Made by a program: the position numbers and the translations under genes
Assembly (NCBI RefSeq): GCF_009914755.1
Contig: NC_060926.1
DNA: 64,000 bases
Direction: 5' to 3' (one strand)
Source of the DNA: the human T2T-CHM13v2.0 reference genome, Homo sapiens
Notes under the pieces: generated by a model
The model's database searches: none
What the model was told of the DNA's origin: nothing
What the model saw: only the letters and a program-made list of their open reading frames with translations
Shown here: positions 15,021 to 47,157 of the stretch, one piece after another
How the letters are laid out: every line of letters begins with the position of its first letter
Position numbering within the stretch: position 1 is the first letter of the stretch

Positions 15021-15627
15021 ATTCCCTCCCTCTGTTTCTTTCTCTATCTTAGGTCGAAAGTTTTTATCTTCTCTTTTTTAACTATCAGTTTTTTCTTTCA
15101 CATTAAACATTCTCTTACTAGCATCAGTGTACTATGTTCTTAATATTGTTGTACCAAATTACATATTTAAATTATAATTTAAAAAACTTAGAAACCTGTA
15201 TTTTTAAAAACTTAAGTAAATTTTATTTAAAGATACAAAATTATGCCAATAATACACTAGGCATATTACCTTATTATTTTTGGCATTTAGGAGGAAATCC
15301 TTGTCTACATTCAGGACAGCATCATGAAGTTTAATGCTTAGATATTTATTTGAGTTCAAGAGCCTTTTTATAAGGCTTTTTAACTTATAGCTCTAGGGAA
15401 CTTTTAATCTTCTAGCAGTAAGCAACTGCTACTTGTTTGATAATGTATTTATCATTTCTTAGTCTGTTTGGAGATTTGAGAGAGTGTAATCTTCATTTCT
15501 CAAGTGAACTTCATAAACAGTTGACTTTATGTATTTGGGAGATTTCTTTTTATTTAATATGTCCAATTGAGATATATTTTATTGAGTATTAATTTTGTAA
15601 ACACCATTCTGAGTTTAAGAGTTTCCT

Positions 15628-15938
<311 letters not shown>

Positions 15939-17319
15939 TTAATGCAATTCCCCTTTCCTCCTTGTTTTTGCTCTGTTTTGTTTTCTCTCTGTATGTTTTT
16001 TTTCATTGCATGGCCCTTATGCTCAATGGCCTTTTTAAAAAATATATTTTTATTCCTTTTTACTCTTGTACCTTGTTAGCCTCCAGAGCACTAGTGAAAT
16101 TTCCATTTCTTTTGTTTTATTTGTCCTGTCCTTTTTTTGGCACCTAGCCAGAGTCCCTAGTTAGGTTTCCAGGTGGTCTGTGTGACCTTCTCCTCTTCAC
16201 CCTAGTAGAAGAAAAGAGTCTCCTTGTAGTGAGAGGGATGGTGACCAGAATCTTATTTTTCAGTGTAAGTTTGCTTAATCACGTTCCAGTATTAGCTGAT
16301 TTCCTTCTTTTGGATCATTATTTCCCCATTTCTATCATTTCTCTACTACAGTGAAAAAATGATTAAGTATACAGGAATAAAAATGGAAGTGGCATTGTTA
16401 TGACTAATGTAGAAGCTGATTGGATCCTCTTCTCTTTTCGAAAACACAGAGACTTGTTCTTGTTAGTGCCTAGGGGTAGTCAAACCCCAGGAGACCTCCA
16501 TAATGAAACCTAACACTAAAATCAAGTAGCTACTGGAAGTCCAATTTATTATTTTATGTACCAAAAATCCTTGTGATCCAGGCATAGCTATAGTGGGATT
16601 TATATCAAAGTTGGAAAGTTGTTTGTTGAATATGGCATTAGTACAAGGGTGTTTAGAGGAATTGAATATATAAAAGCTAAAGAATGGTCATGTCATAAAG
16701 GTCAGAAAAATCAAAGTCTAATTACTGGTTTCCTTTCCCAAAGCATCATATCTGGGCTTCCCATTGGCATATTTGAAACCTGTCCTGTTTTGTGTTATGT
16801 TAAAAACAAAGATTTTGTAGCCAGACTGACCTAGGTTTGAGTGTTCATCTCTAACTAGTTATGTGACTTTGGATATACTATTTACATATGTTTTAGTTTA
16901 TTAATTTATGATACGGAAATAGTAACATTTATGGGATATTTGTAAGGACTAAATGACATAATATATGTACAGCACTTAACAAAGTACTTGTACTTTTAAA
17001 AACTAAGTAAATAAAAGTTTTATCAGTTAGATCTATGATTTGCTTTATGTAGCAGTTAATAAAATTAAAACAGCTTAAGTTACTTTTCTAATTAAAAACA
17101 AAGTAATAAATAATTCAGAGTTAATCTGGTGCCTCTGGGATCTTCAGGGATTCAGTTTTCTTTTGAATGTCAATCTGTCATGCTTACTATTCTATTTCAT
17201 GCTGCAAGATAGCTTCTAGAGTTCTGGCCATTATGTTCACATTTGGGGCTCTAAGATAGAGGGGGTAAGGAAGAAGGATACAAATGGCATGTGTCAAGTA
17301 TCTTTTAAAGACATACTGA

Positions 17320-17608
17320 GGCCGGGCATGGTGGCTTACGCCTATAAGCCCAGAACTTTGGGAGACTGAGGTGGCAGGATCTCTGAGCCCCAGAGTTCAA
17401 AACGAGCCTGGGCAACACAGGGAGACCCTGTCTCTACAAAAAAGTTTTTTTAAATTAGTCAGGTATGATGGTGCACACCTGTGGTCCCAGCTACTCAGGA
17501 GGCCAAAGCCTGAATAGTTGAGGCTGCAGTGAACCATGATCATGTCACTGCATTTCAACATGGGTGACAGAGGAAGACCTTGTCTGAAAAAATAAAAAAC
17601 AAAATAAA
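17320..17608 (+). mobile_element. AluJ with a right-arm internal deletion
   Basis: Diverged Alu; ggaggccaaagcctgaatagttgaggctgcag skips part of the right arm. Confidence 0.85.
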
Positions 17609-18688
17609 GAGGTCCTGAAAAGCTGACACTCCCTGTCTTTTGATCTCATTTGCCAAACTTGGTCATATGACTATAGAGAAGGAAAATATGTCCACATAAA
17701 AAATGTGATAAAACTTGCTTCCTTGGCCTCCTTAGCAGCAGGGGCGGCTAGGAAATGTGAATTTATTCTGGGTGGCCATGTGTTCAGGAAAACATCAGTT
17801 TCTCTGAATAAGGAAGGTGAAGGAAATTGAATATTGGGTGGGCCATTAGCAGTTTCTTCCATAGCAGTAATTATTGTTGTTGATATTATGTATTATATTG
17901 ATAATTATTGATGAAAACAGTCCTAATGGCTTAAGTGCTAATTCAGATAATTTTGCATGACTATGTTCTGTTTCATTATGTTGTAATTTGACAATTTAGG
18001 GCAATACATATTGTTTATTTCTGTGTTCTTCTGGTCACCTTGACATATAACTACCAATTACTTAGTATATGGAATTTCAGAAATATGTTTGTAGAATCAA
18101 AACCAAACCAGTCATCTTACATGTTTAAATCAGTTGTGATGGATTTTCTGTAACCAACCTGAAAACCTTAGAGAGACTTAATCGATTTGAGGTTGTTTTT
18201 TATGTTTCATTTTGCCTAAGAAATCCAGGGTTAGGCAGTTTTGAGCTGGTACAGCAACTCAATAAGAACATCAAGGACTGAGGTCCTTCAATATTCCTAT
18301 TCTTTCTGTAGCCTGCTACTTTAATCATGGACTTATCTCTTCATGATATAAAGGTGGCTGCAAGCATTATGTTTACATTCTAGGCAGGAAAAGGTGAAAG
18401 GCCCAAGAGCAAAGGGTCCTTCCCTTTTTGTTTATAAAATGATACCCTCTTCATAGTCTACTACCATATATCCTTGACCAGAACTATGTCACATGGCTAC
18501 CCTTAGCCACAAGAGAGAGTGTAAAGTGAGTTTTCTGAGAGGAAGGGAAGATTTAATATGTATGAACCACTAGCAGTGGCTATCAGAGTATCTGTTACAA
18601 ATTTTTATGTCTTTATTAAAAGAAAAGGTTGCCTGCAGATGTATTAAATTCTCATTATTGCAAACATACACAACTTCATTAGGTTTAG

Positions 18689-19129
<441 letters not shown>

Positions 19130-19474
19130 TAATTCAGATATCATATGACTGCTTAGACTTTGACTTCAAAATAATTTATATAGAATTGATGTGTTTGTTA
19201 CAACCTCTTTGCTTTAACAATAACAAAGTCAAGTCTCTATATTGTTTTGAAAGTGTAATCTCCTAAAAGCATCAATGTGAAAAAGAAAGTTAGCTAAGAC
19301 TTTGAAATTCTAGGAAAAGTAAATTTTCAGAAAGCACCATTTGTAGTAACCTATGGTAAAGAGTCACATACAGTGAATTTTGTATGTGCCTCTATAACAT
19401 CTCTGTAGAGGTCGCTTCAAAAATCTGCCCTTTCTCTAGAGGGCCTCCGTTTTTGTTTCTTTTTTTCCTCAGAG

Positions 19475-19476
<2 letters not shown>

Positions 19477-19520
<44 letters not shown>
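19477..19520. repeat. (TG)22 microsatellite
   Basis: Uninterrupted TG run, 44 nt. Confidence 0.97.
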
Positions 19521-19523
<3 letters not shown>

Positions 19524-19874
19524 CTCTTCCCTTCTCTTTGTGTTGGTTGTTTTGTGTCATTCTGCTTATTTATCTCTGTCTCTATGCTCTGCAAGCTCCT
19601 TCACCAATATATTATGATTTCTTATTGTGTTCCCATGTAAGGTTGTTAAATACAAATATTATTAACTGATAGTTCCTTTTAGAAGTAAAACGTTTTCATT
19701 AGAGCTAAACTAGGAAATTCAGATAAGTAAAAAGAAAAGTTATTTATATCCTGCCACTCACTCATAACGAACATTAATTGTTTGGTGTATAGCTTCTAAA
19801 GGCATAAAAATGCTTTTATGTGCTTTTGTGTGTTAGTGTCATTTTAAAAATACTGAACATCAAAGTTGTTTTAA

Positions 19875-20096
<222 letters not shown>

Positions 20097-20586
20097 TGAT
20101 TTTAAGAAGCTATTTTTTGTTTTTGTTTTGATTCACATTTGAACATATTTTTACTAATTTTTATACTTAATCTCTGTTTGCATTTAATTACATAACCAAG
20201 TTTTATCTTGAATTGAAACTAGTATTAAATCACTTGTAATTGTCTAAATACTTTAAAGGTAGTCAAACTGGAATTTCTTTGTATGGGAAGAATTTCAGTT
20301 CATGACATATATTATTTTCATTCTATCCAGAAATATCCTTGAGGCCCTTTAAGTAATTAGTTGCTTCTGAGCTCTTCTAACTATTTGTGTCTGAATATAC
20401 TAAGATGAGTCTTTGAAAAACAATTGTTTCTCATGGAAACACTGTCTTCTACCACAGTTTGTAGACTCCAAGTTACATACCCTGTAAATACAGGCCACTG
20501 ATTATAGGGAGTGTTATATAAAACATGTGGATTGCTTGGTGCAAACCTATTACTCTAACTCAAATTGTATGTCATTCACTGAATAA

Positions 20587-22890
<2,304 letters not shown>

Positions 22891-23762
22891 CCTTTTCACC
22901 CTTATCCCCTTCTACATTGAAGCCAAAACTATCTCTTTGATACATCAATGTTATCGTATCAATCCTTTGCTTAACATGTTCTCCCAAACCATGAAAATAT
23001 TCTAGTGATTTTTAAATCTCCATACCATGACTTGTGCAAGGCTCTAAGACATCTGACTCAAGGCCTGCCTATTAAGCCTTTCTTACAAAGACCCTTATTA
23101 AACCCTTCATGTTTTCTTATTCATGCTTTTTAAATCTATCTCCTTGATGCTTTTATAGCTACTTGAAATAATTTCTTTTCTGCTCTTTTAAAAAGATTAC
23201 TACGTAATATTTTCTGATGCTCCTGGGTCTAGATAGATACATATTAGTATCTTTTAGAAGTCTGTGGGGTGACACTTAAACTTTTTGTGTTTCATACTCA
23301 ACTGTGGTCTATTTGAAGGCAAGCAGGCTGACTTTAATTTCTTCTCTCCCATCATTAGGTATTTGGCACACAGTAGAAGCTTAATAAATAAAGTTGAAAA
23401 TCGATTAAATTTGCAGTTGGTTGCCTAGAACAACAGGATTATGCTAGGGTAAGGGAGCAGAATAAATATCAGAAGCAAAATGTATTTGGTTTAAAAATTT
23501 GCTTGGCTGCACAACTCTCTGCCAAAAAAGGGGCATAAAAATGCTTTTCCTCTTCCCTTTTCATGTTTACTCTATAGCTAGTATTTTATAATCGAAAACT
23601 CAGGCTTATTTTAAAAGTATTAGAACAGCTACAACATGTATTAAATGATATAAACTCCAATGGGAGACTACTCTCCTTTTCTGTATAACTATGTTAACAA
23701 ATTTTAAATTATTATGATATATATTGGAATATGATTAATTTGAAAATTAGGATTCATTACAA

Positions 23763-25222
23763 TTTTTTTCACTACCAGTAAGTCTTTATTGATTGATTGT
23801 ATCTTCCCAGGGAAAGAAGGAGGGGAGGGAAAAGAGTCAGCATGTGTATTACAGAATGATTAGGAAATGGGAAAGGAAGTACCCAGTACAGCAAAATCAA
23901 CTATCAAATAAACCCCTCAGTGATGGGGTCACCAAAGCCCAAAGGAGCTCAGTCTCCTGCAGTTCAGGAATGAGGGGAAGGGATCAGGGAAAGAACACAC
24001 AGGTACCCTCCCTCTGTCCCCATAAATTCAAGATTTCACACAAAGCTTTGGTTTCTAGCAGTAAACATGGAGTTATATCCTTCTATCTCCTATTAAACAA
24101 TCTTGTGGCCACTTTGACATAAGTTTCTTATACCCACATAAAAGTTCCAGAGTGACTTGGATATATATTCATATTCCCTTTCTTGCCCTCCAGACCCCAC
24201 TTTCTACATGGAAGGCCCCCATTTGTTTCTATCTGCTTAAGATGAAAGATTAAGTAGGTTTGATCCATCCAAAATACAGCAGTGTCCTAAGTATTTGACA
24301 TGAATCACATCAAGAAAAGGTCTTGACTTGGGAGATTGGGAACAAGGGATGGAGAGTTCCTAGCTTCTTCTGGATTTTTGCATAAATCATTTAAGAATTG
24401 CAGAGATACCCCAAGAATTAACCAAGTATGTGTGTGGGTGTATAGGTTTCTTTTGGAGGAGGGGAATGTAAAAGAGGGCAGAGTAGGAGACAAGTTTTCA
24501 GGACAAAACATCTGGTCCAGTAGGTAATAGGGTAAGGAGAACAGAAAAGAAAGGGTGGTTCAAGATCCTCACTTTAGGCCAGACGCGGTGGCTCAAACCT
24601 GTAATCCCAGCACTTTGGGAGGCCGAGGCAGGCAGATCATCTGAGGTCAGGAGTTCCAGACCAGCCTGGCCAACATGGCAAAACCCTGTCTCTATTAAAA
24701 ATACAAAAATTAGCCAGGCATAGTGGCATGCTCCTATAATCCCAGCTATTCGGGAGGCTGAGGCAAGAGAATCACTTGAACCTCAGAGACGGAGGTTGCA
24801 GTGAGCCGAGATCACCCCACTGCACTCCAGCCTGGGTGACAGAGTAAGACTCCATCTCAAAAAAAAAAAAAAAGATCCCCACTTTGTTCCAGGTCTTTCT
24901 GCCTGTCGCAGAAAAGATGTCAAAGATGCTTTGGCTATTTTTCTCTCAATACAAAAAAGAAACTTGTAAACAATAAAACTCTAAAGGAATATGGAGAGAA
25001 ACCAACACATATTTGCACAAACTAGGCCATCTAGCGATCACCAACTCAGTGAAGTCTTATGAAGCTCAAACAAATACAATAACTAGAGGCGGGTAGCATT
25101 TAAGAGACACGAGAACCTAGGATCACACACACACCACAAAATTAGGGGTCAGTTTAACAAACCTAAGCTCTAAAATACAAAAGAAGCACATTCAGCTTCA
25201 TAAATCTTAAAGGTCAGTCTTA
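23763..25222 (-). pseudogene. Processed retrocopy of an mRNA 3'UTR (probably SP1 distal 3'UTR), interrupted by an AluS at 24577-24871
   Basis: On the - strand: AATAAA (tttatt at 23785-23790), 15 nt, then an A7 remnant; flanking duplicate ttacaattt at 23757-23765 and 25225-25233; non-repeat composition; parent assignment from memory only. Confidence 0.65.
24577..24871 (+). mobile_element. AluS
   Basis: TSD aagatcc(t/c)cacttt at 24562-24575 and 24872-24885. Confidence 0.92.
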
Positions 25223-25704
25223 TGTTACAATTTGAAACCACATTTTAAAGACAGTTAGTTCTTTTTGCAGAATCAAATATTTTCACCATTTTTCTCTAGG
25301 ACATCGTGGATGTTGCAGTAGAGGAAATGCTTGTGTTCAGATGAATAAATTTACTAAATATCTGCTTTTGTCTCTTTTTTGAAAGTGATTCTTTTCATTT
25401 TCTGTTTTAACTTAAAAAGAATAAAATTTAATTGGTTAGAAATATTTTCCTTTGCCACTTTGAGAAAAATGTTTTAAAGTCAAATTTCAGAAAAATCTTT
25501 CTTTAACAATGAACATATCTTGCGTCTGCTATTGATGGACATAATTTTAAAATAGGCATATTGAAGTTTATTTTATGACATATGGATTGATTTTTTAAAT
25601 GCACATTTAAATTAATTATTACCCACATAACTGGCTTGAATGTTTGGCTGTAATTATTCACCTTATAAGTTCTCATGTAAGAAATAGGATGTCTTTAAAA
25701 AAAA

Positions 25705-25945
25705 CTTTTTTTTTATAGATTTAAGAGGTACAAGTGCAGTTTTGTTACATGGATATATTCCATGAACTCTAGGTTTTTAGTGTACCCATTGCCCAAATAG
25801 TGAACATTATATCCAATGGATAATTTTTCAACCTCGAGCCTCCTTTCACCTTCCTACCTTTTGGAGTCTCCAGTGTCTGTTATTCTATTTTGTATGTTCA
25901 TGTGTACCCATTGATTAGCTCCCACTTACAACTGAGAGCATCCAG
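25705..25945 (-). mobile_element. L1 (L1PB/L1MA-type) 3' end
   Basis: polyT then ggtacaagtgcagttttgttacatggatata...tagctcccactta. Confidence 0.75.
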
Positions 25946-26106
25946 TAGAAGTAGCATTTTTTTACTTTTAAGGTAAAGCTTATTTTTTCATTATGAAAAT
26001 GTTACTTCTTATAGGAAAAAAGGTAAATAGAGAAAAATAAAATAAATTACATATGATTATTTCTAGCCTGTAGGCATTTTTAAAGTCTTTTTAAAAATAA
26101 TTGTGG

Positions 26107-27350
<1,244 letters not shown>

Positions 27351-27774
27351 GTCTTTTTTGTTATGCATTAACACTAGTGTGAGCATTTGATGCATGTAAT
27401 TTTGTACTTTTGTTTCATTTAAGATATTTCATTATTTTCATGTGCCATAATTTTAATGTCTATATAATATTGTATTAAGTGGATGTACCATAATTTACTT
27501 AACTACACCCTGCTAGTAGGAACTTAATTTATTTCCAAAATAGAATTTTACTTCTAGTAGAATTACTAGGTCATAGGGCGTACACTTTTCTTGTTTCTTT
27601 TTTAAATTAGGGAACAGAACATTGTGTAAAAACAAGTTGTAACTCATTGGAAAATATAGAAAAGTAGAAAAATAGCAGAAATATGGTTAAGGTTCTTGAT
27701 ATACATGCAATTTGCTTTTGAATTTTTTTACTAATTTATACATGTAGCAGCAATGTGGAAGAGTACATAACTAA

Positions 27775-31569
<3,795 letters not shown>

Positions 31570-32429
31570 TAAGTCTCTGTTATGTGCCAGATACTATGCT
31601 AATAAGCTAGCGTGGATTATGTCATTTAATATGTATAGCTATTTGATGAGGTATTTTTCTCCCTATTTTTGAGAAAAGCTTGGAGAAGTAGTTTTCCTTG
31701 AAATCAGACAGCCAGTAAGTTGCAGAACCAAAATTCAAACTCAGGTCTCTGATTCCAAGGCCTGTAGTGTATATATCAATTTATTGTTATGTTAAGCCTT
31801 ACATATACTCTTCCATAACATATAATACCATACCTCTATGCAGTTTATTTTATATTGCATATTTCAGCATGTAACTCGACCTTTTGTTTTCTCATTTCTG
31901 AAATAATAGAACTTCCTAAGAACCTTGTTCCTTAGCATGCTCTTAATAAATTCCTTTATAAATCTGTCTCTCCCTTTGAGTATCATTTGAATTTTTTTCA
32001 AATTGTGGGCAAGTTGAAGGCCTTTTGGGATGCTGACTTTTATATACTGAAACTAAAATACTTGATTTCTTTATTTTACTCAGAAGAGGGTAATGCCCAT
32101 GTATGCTAGAGATAATCTCAATTTTCCTTTACAGAATACAAATGAATATAAATGAAGCTCAATTCTTGATGACTTTGGAGAATACTTTTAAACTAATGTT
32201 TTAACAAAATGTGTGGTCAGATAAATTTTGGAAATGCTGCACCGTGACCTCCCTTGTCAAAGTATCCATTAGCATATTTGAGACTCTGAGGAAGTACTTC
32301 TAGAAAGAACCATTTTTAAAGTTAGTTTGATAGCACTTCACAAACTTCCTTAACTATAGAACCATACTGGGTGTTACGTACTACGGTATCTTTGGTTTGT
32401 GTCAGTAACAGCTTTCCTTCTTTTTTGTG

Positions 32430-32748
32430 TGTATTAGTCCATTTTCATGCTGCTCATAAAGACATACCGGAGACTGGACAATTTACAAAAGTTTAATGAA
32501 CTCACGGTTTCTTGTGGCTGAGGAGGCCTCACAATCATGGTGGAAGGTGAATGACACGTCTCACATGGCGTCAGACAAGAGAAGAGAGATTGTGCAGGGA
32601 AACTTCCCTTTATAAAACCATCAGATCTAATGAGACTTATTCACTTACCATGAGAACTCCCACCGAGTTTCTCCCACAACACATGGGAATTTGGGGAGCT
32701 ACAATTCAAGATGAGATTTGGGTGGGGACACAGAGCCAAACCATATCA
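32430..32748 (-). mobile_element. THE1-type (ERVL-MaLR) solo LTR
   Basis: tgtattagtccattttcatgctgct ... gagatttgggtggggacacagagccaaaccatatca. Confidence 0.9.
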
Positions 32749-33043
32749 ACTGTGAGACATTCTCTGCTGATTCTTTAAGAATTTAGGAATATTAACTAGT
32801 CCTGATTATTGCCATTGTTTCTTATTTTAGTAACTTTGAATTCCAAGAGAGAAATATCTAAACTACTATTAGTTCATAATCCAAAAAGTGAATAATCTTT
32901 AATTTCTAAAAGTGTAGTACATTTCACAAGGGAATTCTTGGGTTTATTTTCAAGAGACATGGAAACCCATTTAAGCTTCATTGCTGCTTATAGGTAACAA
33001 TTTAATGTTCTTTCTCCATTATTCTTGTCTCTGTTTTTAACAG

Positions 33044-33130
33044 CTATTTTTAAATGCTAACAATAAGGTGGCAGACAAGAACGAGAAAGACCTTGCCAAC
33101 AAATTACTGACAGAAATGAATGAGGACCAG
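33044..33130 (+). CDS. NBEAL1: NBEAL1 symmetric (probably cassette) exon E (87 nt; LFLNANNKVADKNEKDLANKLLTEMNEDQ)
   Basis: Long pyrimidine tract + taacag|CTATTT ... GACCAG|gtatct; 29 open codons, phase 0 to 0. Confidence 0.82.
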
Positions 33131-34488
33131 GTATCTACAAAGCCTGCATCTTGTTTCAGCTGAAGTCCAAAATCAGCCAATGGGAATAACTATTCCTGTG
33201 CTTTTCTTCTTATGTCCTAAAATACACAAACATTGTCAAATTCTAATATTTATTAATTATTTTTGAAAATTACTAAAAAGTTAAAAATTGCTTTCATCTA
33301 AAGGATAAATATCTTGGTGGTTGATACAAACAATCAGTACCATTCCATTCCCTCTACGTGTGTATGGTCTTTTCAATTTGAGGAGATATAAAGTACAGGA
33401 ATGGGATCTCAGTACAATGCTGTCCACCTGGTGGTGACTTTTCTAAGCACTGTGGTATATTGGGACCTTAGGGCTTTCTTTGTGAATATGTATGGTCATT
33501 GTTAATATCTTGATTCTTTGCTTCTTATTGACAAGTGATGATTATAATTCAATGGACAACCTGAATCTTGGAGGAAGGGAAGAAGATGCTGAACTCTCTG
33601 TTAATTTAGCATAAAACTTGACTTTTTGTATTCTAGAAATTCAAGTCTATACAGGTATAATAAAGCAAAAATATGTAATTTATGTTGCTTCTCTCAATAC
33701 ATTAGGTAATTTAGTTTGAAAAAAAACTACCTTTAAAAATTGACGTTATTTTTCTCTTCCAAAATATTTCCAATAAACTTACATATTGTCTTTTATTAAC
33801 ATTGTGTTAATGTCCAAGTTTATAAATAGAATTTTTGTATAACAAGACACATTATCATCTAATTATTTTTTATTCTAGATGTGAAATGCCAATTTACAGA
33901 ATATTGTTTTAGATTTCTGTATAAATGTTAATCCCTCTTAAGGCCTACTTAATGTAGATTAATAAAACAATTATTATAGTCTCTTAGAGGTTCACATTAC
34001 AATTCCAAATTGTAAGTGATTCTATGCTTTCATGATTGTCTAAGCCTGATATAACAGTCATGTTCAGTTTTTTAATATTCTTGATGTTAGTTTTTGTTTT
34101 TGCTATAAATACACTGCCCTGGAATTTAACATATCTCTTCTTTTTGATGAAACTTAAACAGTAATAGACAAAATTAGGCTAGTTTTTATTTTTTCATACA
34201 ACTTTTAGGATTAAAAGTTGCCTTCTCAAAAACATGACAATACTTAGAGATACTTATTTCATTTTCTGTGTCTGCCTCAAATTTTCCATTTAATATAAAA
34301 ATAGATATATTTAATTGTTTATAAGTATAATTGATTGGCATATGCACATGCCATCTTAGTTTTAACACAGGGTTTGGAAACTAGATAAACAAGATTATTT
34401 TAGCTGTCTTTTTATACATGCAAATGGAATTTAAACCTGGATGGTTCAAGTGTAGTTTTGAAGGGGAATTAAAACATAATAGGATTTC

Positions 34489-34866
<378 letters not shown>

Positions 34867-35125
34867 TTAAGCTTGTTTTTTTCTCAAAACATTTTAATGT
34901 AATAAGTGAATGTTGCCTTATCCTCCTTGACATGTGGTTTATTTTTCTTTTAAATAGGTAACTTTCCTTGCAGGTTATAGTGTTTCAGAAATCCATTTCA
35001 TCAGAAGAGGAATGTAATGCATGTTAAGTAATTATTTTTTCAGGTTTTCAGACCAAAGGTTTCCTAACTCAATAAAAATCGTGAGCACATTTGTTAATTT
35101 CTTGTTTCCCCTTCCCCCTCAATAG

Positions 35126-41050
<5,925 letters not shown>

Positions 41051-42917
41051 ATCTCCAAGTTTTAAAATATTTAAATAGATGTGCCGATTTTCACTATGTA
41101 AATTCTGAAGTGATGTATGAAAGTATGTAATACATGTGGCTTAACACCTGAAATAAAATCATTCACAAAATATCTTAATATAAGAATGAGGTTATTTATT
41201 GTTTGCCTATACTTGTGATAATTTTAAAGACAAACCCCTATAGGCACTGCTTTAAGATTTTAAAAGACATTAATGATTGAACTGCAAACTGATAGGATTT
41301 ACAGTGTTGGCAAAGAATGGGACATGAGCACTGGTGTTGGAAGGATACTTTTAAGTGGTTCTGTGGTTCATGAGTTTAAAAAATTAAGCTTTATATCAGA
41401 GTTTTTCTTCATTAATAAAATAATGACCCTTTATTTAGTCAGTTTATGACTGCCTAAAATATGACATTTTTCACATTTGAATAGCCTATCAATTTGATAC
41501 TAGTTTTTCCAGGTTGTATGGCCATGGAAATTCTGCTTCTTGTATTCACTAACCCTTAGAGTTTTCTGTCTCTTCTCATTCACTGCCACTGACTGTTCTT
41601 CTGTCCAGTTATACTGGTAGTTTCCTCATATGCTGATAAGATTAGTGAGGTCATCTGTGTGAAGTGGTAAGCATAGTGCCAGGCACATGATAAGTGCTAA
41701 ATACATGTCAGTGACTTTTATTATTACTTTACACTCTTATCTGCCACATCTAATATACTTTATGCCTCACCTTCCTGGTACCAGAAGTGAATTAATTACT
41801 CCCTGTTTTCTGAAACATGCCTTTCATTGTATTCCTTAGATTACATTGGTTTGTGTTAGGAGACTCTAACTTTTGCCTTAGAAATGTTGACATAACTCAT
41901 GGTTAGGTTCCTATTGAATAGGCTTTTACAACTTTTACAGTCTGGCTTGTGACTTAATCTCCATCTAATACTAGTTGCTGTACGATGGAAACCATTTTAA
42001 GTCCTAAATAACTGGTTTATGAGTATAATGGATTGCCTGTACTGTATTCTGAAATTCAAACATGAGAAAAGATGTTCCAGTCTTCCTTGAAAGTTGTTTT
42101 TTTTTGTCCATATAATAGCTGGCATGTTTAAAATTCAAAAGATTATATAACAAAAATACATGAGAAAATATTTCCTATTCTTGACCCACATTCAACCATT
42201 TCTCTCCCTAAAGGAAACCAGCTTTACTTGTTTTGTTAAATTTTTTGATTTTGTAGTGAGTGTATATATTTCAACCTAAGGTAATGGGGCACTTTAGTAT
42301 GTTCTAGGTTTTCCAGTTGTCTTTATATTTCACTTTATGACTTTGGGTGCCTACTGGTTCAAAAATACATGTGACATAGAACTTCCTAAAATGAACTTGA
42401 TGTTCCAGATAATTCAGACCATTTAGATACAAGTAGCAGAGAGAAAACTCTTTGTACTCAGTTTCTTTCTGACCACTATTCAAAATTGGCAGGAACTCTT
42501 TAATTGGGTCTTTTTAGGCTGATATCTGACTCCTCTTACCTACAGTCTCCTCATTTTTTCCTCTATTTTTGTTTTGACTTAACTACTACTATAGTAATTA
42601 CAAATCAAGTGAAGAAAATACAAGAATTGTCATATGCCCTAATCTGCAAATAATATAATAATTCTATAACACAGTTATTGTTAATTTCATTTATTTTGAA
42701 TTTTGGTAGATAATTATAACTTCATTACTGCAGAAGTTATATGGAATCTATTTTAAAATGAAGACATGATTTAAGAAGGCAAATAGTGAATTCGTGTCTT
42801 TTTCTTTATTTAATATTAAGTTAATTAGCATAAATGAGTATTATTTAATATTTTTAATATTCCAACATATTCAGTCTTTGAAAATGTACTTTGATATATT
42901 GTCTTCCCATCCCCTAG

Positions 42918-43025
<108 letters not shown>

Positions 43026-43078
43026 TAACCTTTATTAAGAGAATTTCTGTTAATATCCATTTTGAAAATGATAACTAA

Positions 43079-43693
<615 letters not shown>

Positions 43694-43784
43694 TAAAAAT
43701 TATGGAATATAAATGAATACTGTCATAACAATATATGCTGTGATTCTTAAACAGGAAAACTGTTTCCAAGCATCTAGCTTTTAG

Positions 43785-47157
<3,373 letters not shown>

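Noticed and set aside
17100-18580. Probable very old MLT1J/K-like LTR fragments
   Set aside because: Resemblance was too weak to assign boundaries or a family by eye.
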